A stretch of 64,000 bases of DNA from a virus, in IMG/VR virus record IMGVR_UViG_3300020470_001965, one strand, 5' to 3'. Position 1 is the first letter of the stretch. Every line of letters begins with the position of its first letter. Shown here in pieces: positions 15,939 to 30,400 of the stretch. Below the pieces are notes generated by a model, which did no database searches, was not told the DNA's origin, and saw only the letters and a list, made by a program, of their open reading frames with translations. A program made the translations under genes and the position numbers.

Positions 15939-16352
15939 ATGCCCGCCTATCGGTTTAGATCCGAGAAATATGTCTCCAGAGGATTTAAGGACTTAGCAGT
16001 CTCATTCAAATCAAATCCTAATACTGGAGATTTTGGTGTGGTTAAAAATGAAAATGCTATAAAGCAGTCAGTTCGTAATCTAATCTTGACCCAATTTGGT
16101 GAAAGACCTTTTCAAGAGGAGATTGGATCACGAGTTACTGCACTTTTATTTGAACCATGGGATCCATTTAGCGTGGATACTATGAAAGGAGAGATATTTA
16201 ACTGTTTACAAAGACTTGAGCCTCGTATTGAATGTACATCTGTGAAAATTCGTGATGAATCTGACACCAACGCTGTATTTGTTGAGATAGATTACACTAT
16301 TGTTGGAGAAGAGTTAACCCAAACCGTAGACTTTCTACTAGAAAGAGCATAA
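15939..16352 (+). CDS. gp25: baseplate wedge subunit gp25
   Basis: AIKQSVRNLILTQFGERPF...IGS...LLFE...EPRI. Confidence 0.93.
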   Translation: MPAYRFRSEKYVSRGFKDLAVSFKSNPNTGDFGVVKNENAIKQSVRNLILTQFGERPFQEEIGSRVTALLFEPWDPFSVDTMKGEIFNCLQRLEPRIECTSVKIRDESDTNAVFVEIDYTIVGEELTQTVDFLLERA

Positions 16353-16353
16353 A

Positions 16354-18432
16354 ATGGCAGCAATACCATCACAATTAACGTCGTTAGACTTCTTTGAAAT
16401 CAAAGAATCCATCAGATCATATCTAAGGACTCGAAAAGAGTTTACTGATTATGATTTTGAGGGATCTTCTGCCAGCTATTTGATTGATATTCTTGCGTAT
16501 AACACATATTATACTGCTTTCAACGCTAATATGGCGTTAAATGAAGCTTTTCTTGAGACAGCAACCGTTAGAGATAACATTGTAAGGATTGCAAAGCAGT
16601 TAAACTATACACCTAGGTCAATAAAAGCACCTAGAGCATGTCTAAAAATCATTGCACAGACTACAACTTCATTAAATGGCACAACTTTCCCTGAATATGC
16701 GACTTTACAGAAGGGAGATGTCTTTGTAGCAGAGAATGATACAGACGATTTTACATTTACAGTAACAAATGACATCAAAGTACCTGTTAATACTACTACA
16801 GGACTAGCAACATTCGATAATGTACTGGTTTATCAAGGTAATTTGATGCAATTCCACTATACAGTGGACTATACTAAGAAACAAGACTTCATTATACCCT
16901 CTGAAAATGTTGATACTGGTCTTTTGACTGTTGATATCAGTCCAAATGCCCAATCTTCAGAGATTGATACCTATAATTTGGTATCAAATGCTACAGCATT
17001 GAATTCTACTTCCAGAATTTACTATTTGGAAGAGACAGATGACCTCAGATACCGTCTTTTATTCGGAGATGGGGTATTAGGACGTAAATTGATTGATGGA
17101 GAATACATTACAATCAATTATGTGACCACTTATGGTGTTGATGCTAACGGATGTCGCAATTTTGACTACATTGGTAACATAATTGACTCTGATGGTAGGG
17201 TAATATCACCTGGAGCAATCTCCATAGAGACAAAGGATGCCTCACAGGACGGCGAAGAGCGTGAAACAGGTCTATCCGTCAAGTTTAGAGCACCTAGAGC
17301 GTATGCAACCCAAAATAGGGCAGTTACAGAGTCCGATTATGAGCATATTGTCTCGGAAATCTATCCTCAGGCAGCATCAGTGACTGCTTATGGTGGTGAG
17401 AAGTTATCTCCACCCATTTATGGTAAGGTTTACGTCGCAATTCGACCAAAAACAGGAAATAAACTAAACGCTAGCACCAAACAGAAGATTAAAAACGATT
17501 TGAAGAAGTATTCGGTTGCTTCTATCGAGCCAGTCATCATTGACCCAACAAGTTTCTACATTATTCCGAAATCTTACGTTTACTATAACGGTGGAGAGAC
17601 TAATTTGACTGGTGCTCAACTTGGTACTAAGGTTTTACAAGCAATTGATGAATTTAACACTAATGGACAGAATAATAGGTTTGGTAATCGTTTAGATGGG
17701 TCTAAATTTGGCTCTATGATTGATAATGCTGATACTAGCATTTCTGGTAACGTTACTCAACTCACATTAGGTCAAAATCTTGACCAATTTACGTTTGGAA
17801 ACGTATTTACTCAATGTTTGGACTTTGGAAACCCATTATTCGACCCTTCAGACCTAGCAGGCAACAAAGATGGTGATGCATGTGCTCCATCATTCTCTGT
17901 AGTCAAATCTGGGACATTTTATGCCACAGGATACACTGAGGATCTTGTGAATTTGACATTAGCGGATGGAACTACCGATGCTTCGGTATCAACTCCCACT
18001 ATATCAACCAATTCTGCAAATACAGTGTTAGTTGCAGTAAATATTAGAGATGATGGTAAAGGAAACTTGATTTTGGTTACTAAGAGAGATGAGACTGAGG
18101 TAATCCTCAATCCAGCTGTCGGTACCGTTGATTATGGAAGTGGAAAAGTCTGTGTAGGACCTATAGCAATACAAGGTACTCCTGATGGCACCACAAGACT
18201 TCCGATACAGGCATATCCAGCAGGTGGATCACTTGTAGTTCCTCCTGGTGTTGACCCAACAATCTTTAACCCCGTAGTCAATCCAATTGACTATACAATC
18301 AACGATGTTTCAATCCCCAACTTCGATCCTAACAACTTTAGTGGTTATAATTATGGTAACGTAGGGGGTATAAATATCATTGATTATCCAACAGATACAT
18401 TCACGTATCCAGTCAGCGAATCTTGTTTCTAA
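16354..18432 (+). CDS. gp6: baseplate wedge subunit gp6
   Basis: LDFFEIKESI...FTDYDFEGS...LAYNTYY...NEAFLETA; QNRAVTESDYE; YGKVY. Confidence 0.95.
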   Translation: MAAIPSQLTSLDFFEIKESIRSYLRTRKEFTDYDFEGSSASYLIDILAYNTYYTAFNANMALNEAFLETATVRDNIVRIAKQLNYTPRSIKAPRACLKIIAQTTTSLNGTTFPEYATLQKGDVFVAENDTDDFTFTVTNDIKVPVNTTTGLATFDNVLVYQGNLMQFHYTVDYTKKQDFIIPSENVDTGLLTVDISPNAQSSEIDTYNLVSNATALNSTSRIYYLEETDDLRYRLLFGDGVLGRKLIDGEYITINYVTTYGVDANGCRNFDYIGNIIDSDGRVISPGAISIETKDASQDGEERETGLSVKFRAPRAYATQNRAVTESDYEHIVSEIYPQAASVTAYGGEKLSPPIYGKVYVAIRPKTGNKLNASTKQKIKNDLKKYSVASIEPVIIDPTSFYIIPKSYVYYNGGETNLTGAQLGTKVLQAIDEFNTNGQNNRFGNRLDGSKFGSMIDNADTSISGNVTQLTLGQNLDQFTFGNVFTQCLDFGNPLFDPSDLAGNKDGDACAPSFSVVKSGTFYATGYTEDLVNLTLADGTTDASVSTPTISTNSANTVLVAVNIRDDGKGNLILVTKRDETEVILNPAVGTVDYGSGKVCVGPIAIQGTPDGTTRLPIQAYPAGGSLVVPPGVDPTIFNPVVNPIDYTINDVSIPNFDPNNFSGYNYGNVGGINIIDYPTDTFTYPVSESCF
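18369..18376 (+). promoter_or_regulatory. T4-type late promoter for gp7
   Basis: Exact TATAAATA about 60 nt upstream of ATG 18438. Confidence 0.75.
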
Positions 18433-18437
18433 GATAG

Positions 18438-21400
18438 ATGCCTACGAAGAATATTAACGTCTCGGATAGGGTAGAATATCAACTACCCGATTTTATTCGG
18501 CAGGAAGACAGACAATTAGTCAATTTCTTGTTTGAGTACTATAAGTCTCAAGAGAAGACGGGTAGACCGTATGATATCCTAAACAACCTTTTAGGATACT
18601 TAGATCTTGACCAATATAGCTCAACAGAGTTGTCTAGTAGTACTCTGTTGCTGAAGGATATTGGTGTTTATGATAAGAAGATAGAAATTGAGTCAATTGA
18701 TGGATTCCAGCAGAAGAATGGATCCATAATGATTGACAATGAGGTCATCTACTACGAGGATGTGACTCGTGGTCCTGATGTCATCATTACTCCAGGTATT
18801 TCGTTTGAACAGTTTAATAAGAAGAAGCAACAGTTAGAAAATCCATTCCAACTGTTTGATGGCGTAGAAACAATATTCCCATTATCATTTTTAGGCACTC
18901 CAGTTGCCCCACCTTCTGCTGAACACCTCATTGTAATCACTTACAATGAAATGAAGGTTCCTGGAGTTGACTATTTCATTGAAGGTACAAATATCCGTTT
19001 CCAGGAACCTCCTAGAATGAGGACTGGTGCTGATGACTCAGAATTTACTCAACTTACATATCTAATTGGTTATTCTGACCAAGATATCATTACGACCGAT
19101 GCGATTCCGTTTGAAGAATGGCAGAATACTAAAAACTACCCGCTAAGAGTAAACACACAACCATATACTCCAACATCAGAGATTGGTCTTGTAATTAAGA
19201 AGAATAATCGTCTTCAAGTCCCATATACTGATTTCACAGTATTCCAAGATAGGGTTGTCTTCAAGAATCCTATTGGTGCTGCTGATAATATCCATATTCG
19301 CTCTGTAGAGTATATTGCACCCGCATATGGTTCAGGTGCTACTGCAATCGCTTCTGTGGACGACGCAGGACAGATTCAAGCACTCATTCCTAAGAAGGGT
19401 GGTAGCAAATATAGACTAGATTTCAATCCTAAGGTAACTATCCTCTCAACTAGCGGTGGTGGATCTACTGCTAGGTCTCTTATTGGTGGTATTAAGGATG
19501 TTACCCTAATTGACGGTGGTCAAGGTTATAGTTCCTATAATCCACCTGTTCCTGTTTGTGCTCCTCCGACGAATACCTTCGGAACACCTGCAAAACTGGC
19601 ACTAACCGTTGATGACACCACTGGAAAGATTGATACTGTAACTATTACCAATAGTGGTAGTGGTTATGACTTCATTCCTGCTATTTCCTTCCAAAATCCA
19701 GGTGGTGCTACTATTAGTGCTCCTACTATTGATGGTGAGGGAAGAGTTAACATTGGATCTATCTCTGTATTGACGATGGGTCTGAATTACAGCAATCCAC
19801 CAACTGTTTACATTGATCCAGCACCTGATGACGGTATCAATGCTCAAGCAATATCAAAAATTAACCAAGATGGTCAAGTATACGAGATTAACATAGTTAA
19901 TCGTGGTAAAGGTTATACTTCCGTCCCTAGAGTCCAAATTATTGACCCAATTGGTGCTCAGGTGCTTGACGTAACAGTTGCATCTGGTTCAGTTACCAAT
20001 ATTGAGATGTTAACAGGTGGTCAAGGTTATACTGACGCTCCATCTGTCTATATTGTTGATGATCGTAAGGATTCCTACGGTGTACCAATCGGAGGCACGG
20101 GTGCAACTGCTGCTGCCACGATTTTCAACGGAGAAATCACTGATATCAACATTACTAACTTTGGTACTGGATATTCGACTGAATTCCCACCTAAAATCTA
20201 CATTGCTGAGCCTCAGAAGGCACGTGCATCAGTAGATGTAGGATTTGACGAAGTTACTGGTTTTGACATCTTAGAAGAGGGTATAGGATACTCTCCTAGC
20301 GCATTCCTAGAGTGCTCCAGGGGCGTTTCTGGACCTGTTGCTTACGATAACCTTCATAATGAGATATATGCTGGTGAATCTGCTCTGAGGCAGTCAAATC
20401 ACCTTGCTGGACAAACAGTTATCAATTTAGACTCCTTATTCATCAAGGAAGTCTTTGATAAGTTCAGAAGACAGTATTTGCCGACTATTGACGTTGATTT
20501 TTCGTCAGTTGACCCAATTCAGGTCATTAAAAACATTACTGACTTCTATATCAGTAAAGGTACTAAATTAGCGACTCAATATCTCTTCAAAATCCTATTT
20601 GGCGAAGATGTTGACCTTTATTATCCAAAAGATGAGATTATTAGTCCATCTCACGCTACTTGGGTTGTAGATACAGTTTTAAGGGCAGAATTGATTTCTG
20701 GAGACCCTTCAAACCTTATAGATTCGCAAGTTAACCAATATGCCGATGAAGTAGACCTTAATGTCGCTGCTGCAAGTGCATTAATCGAAAATGTCATCAC
20801 AATCATAGAAGGAACTGATACAATCTACGAATTGGCGATTTCTGAAGAAACTTTGGAAGGATCCTTCGTAATTCCTTATAAAACCAAACTTGTAGAGCCA
20901 TTAACGACTACAGGGCAAATTATTACCGTTGACTCGACAATTGGATGGCCTGAGAGAAACGGCACCATCTTAATTGACGATAATGAGACTGTTCAGTATA
21001 AAGAGAAGAGTTTAAACCAATTTATCGAATGTACTCGCTCTAAAAACGGAGTTGTCGAAGATTGGGATCCTGGTACTGTTATTCAGTCGGATATCTTCGT
21101 TTATACCAATAAAGGCACTTCTGAAGAGTGTAAATTAAGAATATTAGGAATTGCTGAAGCAGGAACAACAGTTCTTAACGATACTGGGTCATATTACATA
21201 AAAGGCGATAAATTGAAGGTTGCCAACCTTGGATCTACTGCTGAAGACCAAAGGTTGTCATCTTGGTTATATAACGTCAAAAAACTGATTCAAGTTACCA
21301 GTATTACTCCTGGTGGTGTTAATAACCAAACTGCGACTGTAGTTTGCGATAATCCTCATGGATTATTGGTTGAAGACACTGTTACCGTATATGGTGCAAA

Positions 21401-24400
21401 CCCAGTTGTCTATAACGGCACATTTGTCGTTACAGCACGTCTTGACCAATATAGCTTCTCATATGAGATAGCAACCCCTACTGAGATACTTCCTCAAGGT
21501 AATATCTTATTATCAGTTGACCTTAACAGAGGTAAGTCAACTATTGCCTCAATTAATAAGGTCGTTAGTGAATTTACGACTAATATACAAAATGCGTTTT
21601 TTAATGATAATTATGTTTATGTTGCTGCTAGTGGCTTACCCAACTACAAGATTGGTCCTTTCACTGGGTCGGCACTCATCCCAGGAAACCAAAGAAAACT
21701 CTTAAGGTTCCCTCGGACAGTACAAACTATTTCAGAGAGACAAGACGTTTCACCAGGTACCGCAATCGGTTCTTGGATTAACGGTGTTTCTATATGGTCT
21801 TATAAGTCAAAAGAATATATTCAATATGGTCCATTAACCAATATCAGTGTTGATAACGTTGGTATTGGATATGACGCTGGAGCAAAACCAAACCTAGAAA
21901 TTACAGGAGGTGGTGGAATAAACGCTGCTGCTGAGGTAGTAGTTAATGGTGCATTAGAAAGTTTCGATGTAACTGAAGAAGGTAGTGGTTATACTGAGTC
22001 ACCTTTGGTATCAATCGTTGGTGGCGGTGGTGTAGGTGCTACTGCACAAGCAGTTATTACTGGTGGTAGAGTAACAAGAATTCTAGTTGAGCAACCAGGC
22101 TCAGGTTATACTTCACAACCTAGTGTTTCTATCACAGGTGGTGGAGGTAGTGGTGCAACTGCAAATGCTAATGTCCGTGGTCCTATTTCTGGCATTACCA
22201 TTACTAATGCAGGTACTGGATATACTTCACTTCCAGCTGTTAAGGTTAACTCTGGTGAAGGTGCTTTAGCACAACCAATCGTTATTAACGGTAGAATCGT
22301 ATCTATCGCTATTATTAACTCTGGTGAGTCCTATACGACTGCTCCTAACGTAATCATCAATGGTGATGGATTTGGTGCAATCGCTAAAGCAACTATCGGT
22401 CTCACTGGTGAGGATAAAGGGCGTGTATTGGGTGTAACCATTACTAACAAGGGTATTGGGTATACACAGGGTATGACGACCGTCAGACTCGAATCAGTGG
22501 GTCAATTAGCGACCTTTACACCTACTGTATATCAGTGGAATAGAAACCTACAATATGACCTTGTTGACAATTATGACATTGCAAGAGGTTATGTCTTTAC
22601 AGGATATAACAACCAGTTTGGTGGTGAATATGCTCACCTATCAGACCCTAAAGAATTAAGATATGTTGTTGGTGATAACGTCTTCTTAGACCCAGTTACT
22701 CAACAATTCCAAGAATTAGTAGCTAACTTTAAGCACTCTCCAATTATAGGTTGGGCGTTTGATGGTAACCCAATTTATGGTCCTTATGGATATATCGATC
22801 CTACTGACCAGAATAGTGGTATCAGAAGGATGCGTACATCCTATAAACTTAAATCTAACATCTTGTATGATGAAGCAACTAACCCAAATCCTGCTCGTAT
22901 AGATGGTCCTGACCTTGAAACTTATCCACCAGGACAATTTGTTGCTGACTACTACTATGACTTCCAGTCTGGTGATTTAGACAACTATAATGGACGTTTC
23001 TGTAAGACACCTGAGTACCCAGATGGTACCTATGCTTACTTCATTACAGTTGACTCATCTGATGCTGGTGTCGCTGAATTCCCATACATCATGGGACCAC
23101 AGTTTAACTCATTACCAGATAACTGGAACTTCTCTCAAGTAGCAACACAAGAGAATATCCCATCTGGTGTTGTTAGATATAGAGACCCTTATGTTGAGGT
23201 TGATATTGACGTTGAGCGTCAACCTAACCAAGAGGCAGATGTATTAACTACTGAGATTGAAGGATATCCTTTAATCTTTGAAATCCAAGACTCGAATAAC
23301 GATGGAATAATTGATGCTGATGAGCAGCAAGAAATTCTGGAGATGTCCGAGGAGGCAACGCTACAGATATATGATTACTTTCCTTCTGTATCAGCAGAAT
23401 CAAGAGTTGACATCGAAGTTGAAACAACGACCCAATTTGAAAACGCTCAAATCGACGGATTCGTAGTTGAGAACCCAGGTGAATCTTATCAGGTAAATGA
23501 CACCGTATTCTTCGATAATGAAGGTACTGGTGGTTTTGGTGCATCTGCACTTATTGAATCTGTTAAGGGACAGAAGATAATTGGATACTCTAAGGAGATG
23601 ATTGGTGACCGTCCTTATGGTCACATCACTACTGAAATAGGACATGAGTTACGTCAACAAGACGAAATCATTGTAAATTCTCGTCCTATCATTGATAATA
23701 CCAGTAAGATATACAGAGTTAAAGTTGTTGCTGGTGTTGAAAGAATTAATCTAATTCAAGAAGGTACAGGATATGTTGAAGATATCCCACCAACTTTTGA
23801 AGTTATAACTCCACAGGGTCAGGATGCTCAACTGGAGATTATTCGTGAATTGACAGGTCAAGTTAAGACTGTCAATATTATCAACTCTGGTAATGGATAT
23901 GATGAGGATAATCCTCCTCAAATTAGGGTATCACATCCACAGCAATTCAAGAAGACCCGTTATTGGTTATCTGAATATATGGAGGCTGCTGGAGTAATTG
24001 ATATCCATCATACTGTACAGTCATCTCTGAGATATACTTACATTTGTGGTAGTATCACCGAACCTGATGGTGATATGTCAGGTCTTCTTGCTAAGTTTGA
24101 CGACTTAGGTCAGTTAATCTGGGAAAGGACTCTTATACCTCAGAACGTAGGTCAGAAGAAACTTGAATTCGTCAGGATGCATCTTGATGAGTCTTTAGAA
24201 AACGACATGATATATGTCGCAGGTCAGTATTATGATCCAAACAACTCTACATTTAATCCAGATGTCTGGATGGCACAGTATGAGTCTGGATTCAATAATG
24301 CCAATGCTCCTGACGGTATATTAAAGTGGCAGAAAGCAATTGCAGGTATATCTGGTAGTACAAGAAGAGACTGGGTAACAAGCATCTGCTTAGACCAAGA

Positions 24401-27400
24401 TAAGAATATCTACCTTGGTGGTTATACTGATAGTAATTCACCAGATCCTAATGATATCTGGATTGTCCAGTGTGATATTGATGGTGACCTTGTAGAGAAG
24501 AGAAAGATTGCATCTGCTGATGGATCAGAAGAATTATATCAGTTACAGTATATCTCCCAAGATACCTTCATGTTTGTTGGTATCAATAAAGAGAATAATG
24601 ATGTAATGTATGGTGTATTCTACTATGATGGTGCAAACCTAGAAATTAGTTGGATACGTCAAGTCCCTGTTGCTGGTGGATATGTAAGAAACCCACAATT
24701 CATCATTGATGAATATGATGATGTTGTCTTGATTTGGGACATCTATAATAATGGTGCTGCCAAGTATGACAAGATTCAGATTAACAAGTTCCCATTAGCA
24801 ACTGCTAATACTCAGTGGGAATGGACTAAGACTGTAACTGTTTCTGGTAGTCCAGATAGTGTCAGACATGCTGGTATCAGTGTTGATAACTTTGGTAACT
24901 ATACCCTTGTTACTGATGTCATAGAAAGTCAGAATCAGCGTTATTCTATCGTTCATTACATGAAGTATGATGGTAGTCTAATTGCTGAGACTAAAGTTGA
25001 TGATACTGTCAATATTGGTTTCCAAGCAAAAGACCATGTTGTTGATAACTCTGGTGATTGCATCCTTACTGTTAATAGGCAGCAATCTGACCAAATGGCA
25101 GCATATCGTTTCAACGATGTTCTTGACCTTGACTATGACTTCACGAAGCAGAATTTAGCAACATTTAACATCTATTCTCCTTCAGATGCATCAGTTGATA
25201 CTTCATTCTACAGATTCGGCACTTCAGCACTAAAACTAAGTGCAGTTTGCCCAATTAAGCTTTCTGGTTACAATTTATCCAATCCTGAGTTTAGTTTCCA
25301 AGGTTGGTTCTCTATGGCGACTGCACAACAGTCTGCACAGAATACCAAACCACTATTCTTTGATTTAACTCCCATAACAGGAGATTCCATTCAAGTTGAG
25401 CTTGATGGTGATTCAAATAGTGCAAACTTTGAGAAATGGGTAATGTATGTTAATAGCGTTGAGGTTGCTACTTCTACCTCTGCTACTAACTGGACTACCT
25501 TTGCAGGTGGTGCTTGGTGCCATGTAACCTTCCAGAAGAGAGAAGAGTCACTTGGTTTATACCGTTATGAGGTATTCATCAATGGTAACCAGCAATTAAG
25601 TTATCAGAGCACATCTGATATCAATATGGCAGATATGACCATTGCTGGTAAGTATTCTGCTCCTGTATCTGGCACATCCTTTATTGGTTGGATTGATGAC
25701 CTTGTAGTTGATGATAATGCTCCATATGCTACTGCTGCATACACTTTACCTACAGATGAGCTTCCAGTAACAACATCTAACTCTGATGTTGCTCTAATTA
25801 AGTTTGATAGACTTCATAGTAGAAGAGATTCATATACTGCTACAGGTCTAACAAAATATACAGACTTTGCCTTTACTGATGCTTCAGTACAGACTACATG
25901 GGTTGCCCTCGCTGCTGGTGCTATAACACTTTGGGAAACAGGTCCAGGTGGTCTTCAGATATTGGATATGTCTCAGGCACCTTCTACTTACATTCCTGGT
26001 ACATATACACTAACTGAAAATAATTATGAGTATGCAACCAAGACTTCTACGATTCCATCACCTGCTGGTAAGAAATTATTGATTACTGCTGATGTAATCA
26101 GTAAGTTCTACATGCGTGATGCTCTATATCAGAAGATTGATAATGTAATGGAGTTTACCTTCAGTCAGGATATTAAACTGACTAAGGGTGCTATCTTAGA
26201 ACAATTCAATGACGCTGGTGTAACTCAGGCATATGGTACTATTGTTAAAGTGCCTGAAGGCACACTTCTTAACCCTGGTTACGGCACTAAGTACCAGGTT
26301 GGTAAGATTTTTGGTACTTTCAATAACACTGATCGTTACAGGACTACTGCTAATGATGTCAACCAAATAACTGGCACATACTTTGACACAGAAGAGCCAG
26401 AAGAGCCTTGGGAAGCAGGTAAGGCATATCTAGCAAACGATAAGGTATATTCAGATAAGAAGATTTACCAAGCACAGGGTGCTGGTACATCAGGTAATAT
26501 TGCACCAACTCATACTGCTGGTGTTGTTAGTGATGGTGTAATTAACTGGGCATTCATCGATGATGCTGGTAAGTTTACTATTGACTTAACAGAGCATCCT
26601 CATCCTAGACCTCAATATCTTGGACTTGATATGCCTGAGTGGGTAGATGGTCTTCTATATGTTGAAGGACAGCAAGTTTGGCATAAACTCAATGTATATG
26701 AAGTAGCAGTAGGTGGTGCTGGTGTTGCAGGTACAACTCCTCCTACACATACTACTGGTAGTGCTTCAGATGGTGGTGTAACTTGGGATTATAAGTCAAC
26801 CAGTGAAGCAATTGGAACCTATGCTAGAAACATGGGTTATGACCAAGGTAACAACTATTCAGTCCAGATTGTAGAGATTCATCCTGGATCAACATTCATT
26901 CCAGAAGACGTTGTAAGTCTTAATGCAGATAACATTACTGTTGCTGAAGATGAGAAGAGTGTTGTTGTCTCTGGATTCGCTTCTGTTAAGAAGATTCGTG
27001 TTACTGCAAGATTAGAGAAAGACTTAATAAGGACTGGTGAGGTTAGGACTAAGTATGTCTATGCCACATCAAATAGTGCTCATGGATTTGCAGCAGGTGA
27101 TATTCTATTCACTGAAGGATTCCAAGGTATTCAATTCAATGGTAGTTTCTTTGTAGACCAAGTAATTGGTACTAGAGAGTATACATTTGGTATTAGGGAT
27201 ACTGCTGTAAGTGATCCAACATTCAATAACAATGCGATTAATAATGTCAACATATATGCCAAGCACCCAACATTAGAATTTACTAGAAATCATCAGTATG
27301 TCTTTGACATATCTGATACTTCAAACTTTGGTTATTACCTATCCTTCTCTCAGGATAACCAGTATAAACTGGAATACTCATTTAACAATATCACTAGGTC

Positions 27401-30400
27401 TGGTACTCCTGGAGTTCCTCTTGGTGGTGGTAGCTATCCATTTGTTAAATTCTCAGTATTAGGTGATGTAACTAATATCTCATACTACTTTGACCCATCT
27501 AGGGTTGGTGCTAATTCACCTGTTGGTGATAATTCATTCATTGATGTTATTACTACTCCTTATCAGGGTACATTTAAGATATCAGAAGTCATTGGTGACT
27601 ATGAGTTTAAATTCCCTCTACTTAAGGAACCAGAAAGACAGAATGCTGAGATAATTAATGACGAGTTTGATAATCCATATTCTTACTATTCAACTACTTC
27701 TACAAGAGCAGTTGGACCTATAAACAGCATTAAGTTAGTTGCTGCTGGTGGATTCTATCAGAAACTACCAATCATTAGTGATATAGCATCCTTCAGACAG
27801 ATTGAGAAGTGTGTTATAACCTCTGGAGGTACTGAATATGCTCCAGGTGTCTATTATGACGTTCCTATTGATGGAGATGGTGAAGGTGCTAAATGTACTA
27901 TTACTGTTGAAGTTGATGATGAAGTTGGGTCAGGCACACTGACTGATGTTGCTGTAACCGACCCAGGTAAAGGATATACTATTGCATCTATTGATATTGA
28001 TGCAATACCAGGAATACTTGGTAGTCAGTTAGCAGGATCTGGTGGTACTGTTGATGTTATCATTCCTGATGAAGGTAGCGGTGCTTCTGTCTTCTTAACA
28101 GGTACTAATATTGGTAAGATTAAGAGACTGAAGAATAATGAGTTTGGTTTCGGTTATTCTCACGATTATACCCTGAAACCTGAAATTACCTTCCCAGTTA
28201 ACCTTCAGTTATTCAATACTTCAATACTTTCCGAAATTAAGATAACTGACCCAGGTGCTGGCTATACTTCAACTCCTGCTGTCGTAATCGAAGGTGGTGG
28301 AGGTAGTGGAGCAGAAGCAGAGGCAGTTATTAAGAATAACCGTCTAAACGAGATTATTATTAAAAACCCAGGCGCAGGATACTCATCTGAGCCTACAGTA
28401 ACTTTAAAGTCTGAATTTAACTATGTTGTTAACTTAGACCTTAATTATCTTCAATTTAACTTCCCACATGGTATTACAACTGGTGCTGAAATTACATTCC
28501 GTGCAGATAACGTAGGAAGCACAGTTGGTGAATTACCTAAGCCATCTACCGCAGGTTTGACAAGTTTGGTAGAAGGACAGGTTTATTATGCTATTGCTGG
28601 TGAAGCAGCTGGTTTAGAGTCTGACCAAATCAGATTTGGTTTAACTTTACAATCTGCACAGGCAGGTGATTATATTACCTTCCTGACCCAAGGTAGTGGT
28701 CGTCAGACACTTCTAACTGAGGTATTCGGTGGTAAAGCAACTGCTGTTGTAGAAACCTCCAGATTCCTCGAAGGAGAGCAAGTATTCCAAGGATCTGCGA
28801 TAGAAACACAAACTGCAATTGGTACTGTATCTACAAACACTGGTTGGCAGATTGGACCTAAGATTCTTAAGATTGTTGATTATACTGGTGATTGGATTGC
28901 TGGAGAGAAAGTAACAGGTGTTATTTCTAAAGCATCAGGTCTTATTGATAACCTGAGCATTGCTCGTGGTGTATTAAATATTGGCTCCCTAACGAAGACA
29001 CCAGGCCGATTTATTGATGACGTTGGTAAGCCTTCTGAGATTGTCCAGAAGATACAGGATAGTTTCTTCTATCAGAACTTCTCATACGTTATTCAGTCAC
29101 AGACTCCTATCACAGAGTGGAAGACTCAAGTATTAGAGAATAACCACCCTGCTGGTTTCAATATGTTTGGTCAGTTACAACTGACTGGTGGTAAGGACGT
29201 ATCTGGTCGTAAGATTGGTACTGAGTTTACTAAGCAGGTAAACATCAACAACTACAGTAATGTTAACCAGATAACCTCATTTGGTGCAGCACAACCAATA
29301 TACACTGATTATAACAATACTGAGGTTCTTTTCCGTAAGAAGCGTTTGACATCTTCTGAGGAAATTCTAACTTCTATTGTTAAGAAACTGGATGATATTT
29401 CACCACAGTTTAATGGTATAGACAAGCAATTCCCAATTACTGTTGAGGGTGAGCAAGTTATTGTCCAACAGAATCAGTTGATGATTACACTTAACGGTGT
29501 TATTCAGTCTCCTGGTGAATCTTATCAGGTTGTTGGTCCTAACTTAGTATTCTCTGAACCACCTAAACCAGCATCTAAAGTTAACTATAGAATCTTAGGA
29601 GTTACTCCTACACCTATCTACAGAATTGCACTTTACACTTCTGGTGGTGGCACTAACTTTGGTATCTTCCCAACAATGGGACAGCAAGTCCAAGGTGTAT
29701 TCTCAGATGCTGTTGCAACTGTTATAGATTCTGGATTAGCACATATTGATGTTATTAACGTAACTGGTGGTACTTTCCAACTCAATGAAGAGATTGTAAG
29801 AGGTGAAATCTTCTCTGCTCTTATCGAATCTGTCGAATTGGTTAATACTGAAACTATCTTTGAGTTTGGTGAGACTATTACTAACCTTGAAGGTGATACT
29901 GCTATTATTGAAGAAACTAACGTTGTTGACGGTGTTGTTAATGACCGTTTAGTTGTTTCTAAGACTTCAGGTACTGCTAAGTTTGAAACTGGTATATTTG
30001 ACCTTAAACTCAACGAATACGTCTATTCTGCCTCATCTAAGATTGCAGGACAGATTACATTCATTTCTCCATACATTGACCCAATAACAAGTGAAGTTGT
30101 TGACGAATTAATCATCAACAGAGGGTCTACATTCTTCGGATTGCTATTTGAGCGTCTTGTAAGTTTGGAGAATCCTAATGTCATCCTAGACGACATTTCA
30201 CAATCTTCTATTACTCCTACTGAGCTTTATAACCCAGATGAGCGTATTAACGCTGATTTCCTTGATTTTGAAGAAGTAAGGACTACAGAAATCACTTATA
30301 CCAATCTTGCCAATGGTACGATTGAAGTTGGTGATAGAATCGTTTCTAAGGACGTAGATTACGGAAACCCAGTTTCTACCTTCCACGGTATTGCTGCAAA

